Origin: Chloroflexota bacterium | GTDB lineage: Bacteria > Chloroflexota > Dehalococcoidia > SM23-28-2 > JACOUE01 | Direction: 5' to 3' | Assembly (NCBI GenBank): GCA_016178045.1 | Contig: JACOUE010000012.1 | Coordinates: 9,832-73,831, forward strand | Length of the DNA: 64,000 bases | Shown: positions 19,721-24,851 of the stretch, one piece after another | How positions within the stretch are numbered: position 1 is the first letter of the stretch | Layout of the letters: every line of letters begins with the position of its first letter | Notes under the pieces: model-generated | What the model was told of the DNA's origin: nothing | What the model saw: the letters and a program-made list of their open reading frames with translations, nothing else | Databases searched by the model: none | Translations under genes and position numbers: made by a program

Positions 19721-20791
19721 GTGGCGACTAAGGCCGATCTGGAAGGCCTGCCGCCAATCAAGGTGGTGGGCGTCGGCGGGGGTGGCTGCAACGCCGTGAA
19801 CCGCATGGTGCGAGCGGGCATCCACGGCGTCGAGTTCGTCGGCATCAACACCGACGCGCAGGCCCTCATTCAGTGCGAGGCCGACACCCGCATCCGCATC
19901 GGCGACCGCATCACCCGCGGCCTCGGCGTCGGCGGCGACCCCGATCGGGGGCGCCAGGCCGCCGAGGAGTCGGTGGACGAGCTGCGGGAGGCGGTCAAGG
20001 GCGCGGACATGGTGTTCATCACCGCCGGCATGGGCGGCGGCACCGGCACCGGGGCCGCACCGCTGGTGGCCCAGGTGGCCAGGAACGTCGGCGCCCTCAC
20101 CGTGGCGGTGGTGACCAAGCCCTTCGCCTTCGAGGGGTCGAAGCGCCGCCAGAACGCCGACGAGGGCATCGGCAGCCTCCAGCAGGAGGTGGACACCCTC
20201 ATCATCATCCCCAATGACCGTCTTCTGGCCGTCTGCGACCAGAAGACGACTGTCGGGGAGGCGTTCCTGGTCGCGGACGACATCCTCCGCCAGGGGATCC
20301 AGGGCATCGCCGAGCTGATAACGGTGCCCGGCGACATCAACCTCGACTTCGCCGACGTCCGCCGCATCATGGCCGACGCCGGCCCGGCGCTGATGGCCAT
20401 CGGCAAGGCCACCGGCGAGAACCGGGCGGTGGAGGCCGCCCAGGCCGCTATCGGCAGCCCGCTGCTGGACGTCAGCATCCATGGGGCGCGCGGCGTCCTC
20501 TTCAACGTCACCAGCTCCGGCACCATGTCCCTGCACGAGCTGAACATGGCCGCCCAGGTGGTGGCCGAGGTCGTCGACCCGGACGCGGAGATCATCTTCG
20601 GCACCGCCACCGACCCCAGCCTGGACGACGAGGTGAAGATAACCCTTATCGCCGTGGGGTTCGCGACGCCGGAGATCGGCGCCCCTCGTGAAGAAGAGGA
20701 GGAAATTCGGCGGATGCGGATGTCGGCCATGCAAAACATGGCCGACACCGATCTGCCGACGTTTCTTCGCAGACCCGTCACCATCCGTTAA
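19721..20791 (+). CDS. ftsZ: Cell division GTPase FtsZ
   Basis: IKVVGVGGGGCNAVNRM...GINTDAQAL...ITAGMGGGTGTGAAPLVA...NDRLL...DFADV. GTG start. Confidence 0.97.
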   Translation: MATKADLEGLPPIKVVGVGGGGCNAVNRMVRAGIHGVEFVGINTDAQALIQCEADTRIRIGDRITRGLGVGGDPDRGRQAAEESVDELREAVKGADMVFITAGMGGGTGTGAAPLVAQVARNVGALTVAVVTKPFAFEGSKRRQNADEGIGSLQQEVDTLIIIPNDRLLAVCDQKTTVGEAFLVADDILRQGIQGIAELITVPGDINLDFADVRRIMADAGPALMAIGKATGENRAVEAAQAAIGSPLLDVSIHGARGVLFNVTSSGTMSLHELNMAAQVVAEVVDPDAEIIFGTATDPSLDDEVKITLIAVGFATPEIGAPREEEEEIRRMRMSAMQNMADTDLPTFLRRPVTIR

Positions 20792-21028
20792 CTAGCCGAC
20801 AACCTGCGCTGACCCTGTCTGCCTCCGGCTAGGTGGACCGGGCCAAGGCAGGCTCCCGCCTCGGCGGGTCCGCCTTCGGGCGGAGGTCGAAGAAACTGGA
20901 CGAAAGGAGGAAAAGGCCTATCGAGTAAACGAAACTGAAGGGATCGACCGCTAGCACGACTGCGCCGCGGGCCTGTTTGCCTCCCCAGACACGCCCGCGG
21001 CGCGCTGTTCACCGCAACGCCTGCCGAT

Positions 21029-21084
21029 GTAGCGGAGGCCTTCAGGCCTCCACCACCCCCTGGCGACCTGAAGGTCGCCGCTAC
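21029..21084. repeat. REPIN-like doublet: two GTAG-ended REP hairpins in inverted orientation
   Basis: Left arm GTAGCGGAGGCCTTCAGGCCTCCA (21029-21052). Reverse complement of the right arm is GTAGCGGCGACCTTCAGGTCGCCA (21061-21084). Stem differences are compensatory. The outer GTAGCGG/CCGCTAC also pair. Confidence 0.7.
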
Positions 21085-21890
21085 TTCGCCGCCGCGCCTT
21101 CCGCCGACGCCAGGAACGCCGAGAGCAGCTCCGTTATCCGCTCCGGCTGCTCGATGGGCGTCATGTGGCCGGAGCCCGGGATGCGCACCAACCTCGAGCC
21201 GGCTATGCGCTCCTGGATGTGCTCCGCCTTGTCCGGCGTCACGGCGATGTCCTCTTCGCCGACGATGACCAGCGTGGGCACCCGTATCCGCGAGACCTGG
21301 TCGAGGATGTCGGTGCGGCGGGTGATGGCCAGCGTCGCCCAGTAGATACCCTCGCGGTCCACGTCCAGGAACCGCTTCTTGTAGCCCGCCACGACCTCCA
21401 GCTGTCCCTGGATGAAGCCCTGGCTGAACATGAACGACAAGACGCTGTCGACGACAGCCTCCGGCCCCTGGTCGCGGCTGGCCTGGGCCATCCCCTCGTA
21501 CAGAGGGGCGCGGTCCGGCACCTCCGGCTCGGCTGAGGTGTCGAGCAGGACCAGCGAGCGCACCGCCTGCGGGTGGGCCAGGGCCAGCCGCATCCCCACC
21601 ATGCCACCCATCGACAGTCCCACGACGTGCGCCGCTTCCACCCCAAGCTGCCGCATCAGCGTGTAGAGGTTCTCCGCCTCTCCTTCCAGGGTGTACTCGC
21701 TGCGGGCGCCGGCGGACGCTCCGTGCCCCAGGAAGTCGAGGGCGAGGCAGCGGTAGCGCTTGCTGAGGGCCTCCACCTGGGGGTCCCACATGTGGTGGTC
21801 GAAGGTGAGGCCGTGGGCAAAGACCACGGGCGTGCCCGCGCCCTTCTCTTCGTAGAAGTATTGACCGCCGGTAACGCGAACCTTGGGCAT
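21081..21890 (-). CDS. Alpha/beta-fold hydrolase
   Basis: VVFAHGLTFDHHMWDPQ...VVGLSMGGMVGMRLAL (GxSxG nucleophile elbow)...IPGSGHM. Confidence 0.8.
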   Translation of the reverse strand: MPKVRVTGGQYFYEEKGAGTPVVFAHGLTFDHHMWDPQVEALSKRYRCLALDFLGHGASAGARSEYTLEGEAENLYTLMRQLGVEAAHVVGLSMGGMVGMRLALAHPQAVRSLVLLDTSAEPEVPDRAPLYEGMAQASRDQGPEAVVDSVLSFMFSQGFIQGQLEVVAGYKKRFLDVDREGIYWATLAITRRTDILDQVSRIRVPTLVIVGEEDIAVTPDKAEHIQERIAGSRLVRIPGSGHMTPIEQPERITELLSAFLASAEGAAAK

Positions 21891-21988
21891 GGCGTCCTCC
21901 GTTATGAAAAGTAGGTGCGTCTATTATAGGCGCGCCGCCGGACGCGTCAAACGTTAACTGGGAAGGGAGCGGATTCGTTCTTAAGAGG

Positions 21989-23116
21989 ATGCGGTTGTTG
22001 GTAGGGGCGCTCGCCCGCCGCAAGCGGGCAGCGATCATAGGCGGCGGCATAATCGCCGCCGTTATGATACTTGGGATCAGCCTGGGGCTGGTCTTCGCCC
22101 TCAACAGGGACTCCTCCCCGCCGGCCCTCTCCAGCACCCCCAAACCCCAGGCTAAGGCCACGCCCACGCCCAGGCCCGTACACCCCGCCCTCCTGGACGG
22201 CGTCCTCCTTTCGCCACCCACCTGGAAGCGGCTCCAGGCGCGCCTGCCCCTCGCCGTCATGATCGACAACCACCTCGACGCCCGCCCTCCGGTGGGCCTG
22301 AGCAAGGCGGAGCTGGTGTACGAGACCGTCGCCGAGGGCGGCATCACCCGCTTCATGGCCGTGTTCTGGCGCAACGACGCGGCCGTGATCGAGCCGGTGC
22401 GTTCGGCCCGCGTCTACTACCTGGACTGGGCGAAGGAGCTGGGCGCCATCTACGTCCACTGGGGCCAGGCCGAGTCGTTCGGTCCCGCCGACGTACCCAG
22501 CGCCGTCGTGCGCCTGAGGCTGCCCACCCTCAACGCCTTCAACATCGGCACGCCCACCTTCTGGCGCGACTACTCCCGCTACAGCCCCCACAACGGCGTC
22601 ACCAGCACCGCCGCCCTCTGGCAGAAGGCGACCGAGCTGGAGTACGACGGCCCGTCGACGCTGAGGCCGTGGAAGTTCAAGAGGGAGTCGCCCGGGGGCC
22701 GCGCCGGCCGGAGCGACGGCCTCACCAAGGGCATCGACATCGCCTTCGGCACCTACCCCCTGCCGGACTACGCCGTCCGCTGGGTCTACGACCGCAAGGA
22801 CAACATTTACCTGCGCCGGACCGGCGGCCTGCCCCACTTCGACGGCCAGGGCGGCCGGCTCAGGGCGAAGAACGTGGCCGTCCAGTTCGCCAACATCTAC
22901 CTGGCCGGCGACGGCACCGGCCACATGCTGGCCGACACCAGCGGCGAGGGGCCGGCGCTGCTCTTCCGTGACGGCATCGTCATCCACGGCACCTGGCGCA
23001 AGAATGGCCCCGCCGACCGCACACTCTTCTTCAACGCCGCCGGCGCGGAGACCGTCTTCAACCGCGGCACCACCTGGGTAGAAGTCGTGCCCGTCGGCTC
23101 CCCCGTGGCGTACTGA
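21989..23116 (+). CDS. DUF3048-family secreted/lipoprotein-like protein (YerB-like)
   Basis: N-terminal TM/signal segment, Pro-rich linker, then LAVMIDNHLDARPPVGLSKAELVYETVAEGGITRFMAVFW, recalled as the DUF3048 core. Confidence 0.55.
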   Translation: MRLLVGALARRKRAAIIGGGIIAAVMILGISLGLVFALNRDSSPPALSSTPKPQAKATPTPRPVHPALLDGVLLSPPTWKRLQARLPLAVMIDNHLDARPPVGLSKAELVYETVAEGGITRFMAVFWRNDAAVIEPVRSARVYYLDWAKELGAIYVHWGQAESFGPADVPSAVVRLRLPTLNAFNIGTPTFWRDYSRYSPHNGVTSTAALWQKATELEYDGPSTLRPWKFKRESPGGRAGRSDGLTKGIDIAFGTYPLPDYAVRWVYDRKDNIYLRRTGGLPHFDGQGGRLRAKNVAVQFANIYLAGDGTGHMLADTSGEGPALLFRDGIVIHGTWRKNGPADRTLFFNAAGAETVFNRGTTWVEVVPVGSPVAY

Positions 23117-23140
23117 GCGCCAACTCACAACGGGTCAGAA

Positions 23141-23182
23141 ACGGATAAACGGATGGCATTCAATCCGTTTATCCGTTCTTTT
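23141..23182 (+). terminator. Rho-independent terminator
   Basis: Perfect 14-bp stem ACGGATAAACGGAT / ATCCGTTTATCCGT (23141-23154 / 23163-23176), 8-nt loop, then TCTTTT. Confidence 0.8.
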
Positions 23183-23232
23183 ACATCCGTTGACAGGCTG
23201 ACCCCCCGAACGGCCGTTCGTGATTCATTTCA

Positions 23233-23285
23233 CTACAAGATGTTGGCATAACAACCTTGACAGCCCCAACATCTTGTGCTATCGT
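23233..23285 (+). promoter_or_regulatory. nrdR/nrdJ promoter with two NrdR-box-like sites
   Basis: Box cores CAAGATGTTG (in 23233-23248) and CAACATCTTG (in 23264-23279) are reverse complements, with centres 31 bp apart. -35 TTGACA (23257-23262), 17-nt spacer, -10 TATCGT (23280-23285). Box 2 fills the spacer. Box 2 matches 11/16 of the acaCwAtATaTwGtgt consensus by hand. Confidence 0.6.
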
Positions 23286-23351
23286 CCATCTTGCACCCCA
23301 GATGCGGGGCCTCTGGTTCTAGGTTCTCGGTTCTGGGTTCTGTGATAGCTC

Positions 23352-23870
23352 ATGAACTGCCCGTTCTGCGGACACAGCGAATCGAAGGTCACCGACTCCC
23401 GCGCCTGGGAGGGCGGAGTCCGCCGCCGCCGCGAGTGCCTGAGCTGCGGCCGCCGCTTCACCACCATCGAGCGCGTTGAGCTGGGCGGCGTCCACGTCGT
23501 CAAGAAGGACGGCCGCCGCGAGGAGTTCTCCCGCGACAAGATCATCGCCGGCGTGCGCAAGGCCTGCGAGAAGCGAGCCATCCCCCTGGGCGCCATCGAG
23601 GAGCTGGCCGACGAGATCGAGACCGCCGTCTACGCCCTGGGCAAGGCGGAGGTGCCCGCCGCCTTCATCGGCGAGCTGGTGATGGAGCGACTGCGGGAGC
23701 TGGACCAGATCGCCTACATCCGCTTCGCCAGCGTCTACCGGGCGTTCGCGGACATGGAGGATCTGAAGGAAGAGCTGGCGGCGCTGGAGGCGGGCTGGGC
23801 GCGTCCCGGCGTGCCGAAGGCCCAGCTGGCGCTGCTGCCGTGCAGTACCGGGACCGACCGGTGGAGATAG
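23352..23870 (+). CDS. nrdR: Transcriptional repressor NrdR (Zn ribbon plus ATP-cone)
   Basis: MNCPFCGHSESKVTDSR...RRRRECLSCGRRFTTIERVE...VVKKDGRREEFSRDKI...IAYIRFASVYRAF. Confidence 0.95.
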   Translation: MNCPFCGHSESKVTDSRAWEGGVRRRRECLSCGRRFTTIERVELGGVHVVKKDGRREEFSRDKIIAGVRKACEKRAIPLGAIEELADEIETAVYALGKAEVPAAFIGELVMERLRELDQIAYIRFASVYRAFADMEDLKEELAALEAGWARPGVPKAQLALLPCSTGTDRWR

Positions 23871-24013
23871 AGGCGGACGACTGGACGGTGGAAGAGGGGT
23901 TCGTCGTGTTCCTGAAGCGGCCGCGGGGGGCGCAGATGTTCGAGCAGCAGAAGGTATGGGCGGCCCGGGCGGAGCTGGTGCACCAGATCCAGCTCCTGCG
24001 GGGGGAGGATTAG
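23861..24013 (+). CDS. Candidate 50-codon ORF overlapping the nrdR stop, function unknown
   Basis: GTG at 23861 inside GGTGGAGATAG (nrdR stop TAG at 23868-23870). Reads VEIEADDWTVEEGFVVFLKRPRGAQMFEQQKVWAARAELVHQIQLLRGED. 46 of 50 third positions are G/C by hand count, like host genes. Too short for the ORF track. Confidence 0.4.
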   Translation: MEIEADDWTVEEGFVVFLKRPRGAQMFEQQKVWAARAELVHQIQLLRGED

Positions 24014-24015
24014 AC

Positions 24016-24288
24016 GTGGTATCCCATTCGGATACCGTAGCGTTGGAACTTAACAACACCCTTATGGAGCTTGCGTCCGAGAAGGCCAAAGTGCTTTACG
24101 AGGACCCTGCTACAGGAAGAGTTCTAGTGACTTTGGCCGAAGTCCCTCAAACAGCTTATGTCTGGGCTCGCATCGATCGACTTGAGGCGAAAGTCGACCG
24201 GCTTATGCATGAGCGCAGCAAAGCCCTAATCCGCGAGGGGCGCCTCACCCGAACTGCCGAAGGGAGCGGTCAAGACTGTCGCCTCTAA
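24016..24288 (+). CDS. Hypothetical 90-aa protein with a coiled-coil-like segment, low GC
   Basis: GGGGGAGGA RBS 6 nt upstream of the GTG at 24016. VVSHSDTVALELNNTLMELASEKAKVLYEDPATGRVLV...RIDRLEAKVDRLMHERSKALI. Third-position GC about 57% by hand count, versus about 90% in neighbouring genes. Confidence 0.5.
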   Translation: MVSHSDTVALELNNTLMELASEKAKVLYEDPATGRVLVTLAEVPQTAYVWARIDRLEAKVDRLMHERSKALIREGRLTRTAEGSGQDCRL

Positions 24289-24306
24289 GGCCTAAAACAG
24301 GAGAAG

Positions 24307-24834
24307 ATGGCCGCCATGGTCACAGTTAGTCCTAAACTTAAACCCGAACTAGTCCCTGAGCCCCTGTGGCGACTGTCAGCCTATCGGATTCTATCCCGAT
24401 CCCAATGGGAGAAGATTCGCGCTTCGATTCTTGGCGAACAGGGAAATCGGTGCTCAGTATGCGGGCTGACCCAGCACAAGGGAATGATCTGCCATGAGAT
24501 TTGGGACTACGACGAGCGCCAGTTGCTGGCCACGCTGACCGGTTTGGCAATCTTGTGCCCGCAATGCAGCAACATTCACCACATCGGCCTAGCGAGAGTG
24601 CAGGGGGTAGCCGAGGAAGCCCTTAAGCACATGATCCATGTGAACGGGATGTCCCTAAAGGATGCAACTGCGGTGGTGAAACAGTCATTTAGGGACTGGA
24701 GACGGCGGTCACAGCATAGGTGGGGAGTAGCGGTATCAAAGGAGTTGTTGTCTCGTTTCCCGCAACTACGAGTGCTGGAAGGTGTTTCATCGTCACCCCA
24801 CGAGGGTAGCAAACGTGTCCGCACCAATCCGTAA
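24307..24834 (+). CDS. Hypothetical Cys4/His zinc-finger protein with HNH-like (beta-beta-alpha-Me) motif spacing, low GC
   Basis: C49xxC52 ... C62-H63-E ... C84xxC87-S-N89-I-H91-H92 (CSVCG...ICHEIWDYD...LCPQCSNIHH). AGGAG-containing RBS. Family not recognised. Confidence 0.45.
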   Translation: MAAMVTVSPKLKPELVPEPLWRLSAYRILSRSQWEKIRASILGEQGNRCSVCGLTQHKGMICHEIWDYDERQLLATLTGLAILCPQCSNIHHIGLARVQGVAEEALKHMIHVNGMSLKDATAVVKQSFRDWRRRSQHRWGVAVSKELLSRFPQLRVLEGVSSSPHEGSKRVRTNP

Positions 24835-24851
24835 TAGAGAAAGGAGCAATC

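Noticed and set aside
20792-21028. A possible small RNA downstream of ftsZ: two GC hairpins, CCCGCC-TC-GGCGGG and TCCGCC-TTCG-GGCGGA, then an A/G-rich stretch.
   Set aside because: No match to any RNA family I can recognise (not SRP-, 6S- or tmRNA-like). The hairpins lack a U-tract, so the evidence is insufficient to call a feature.
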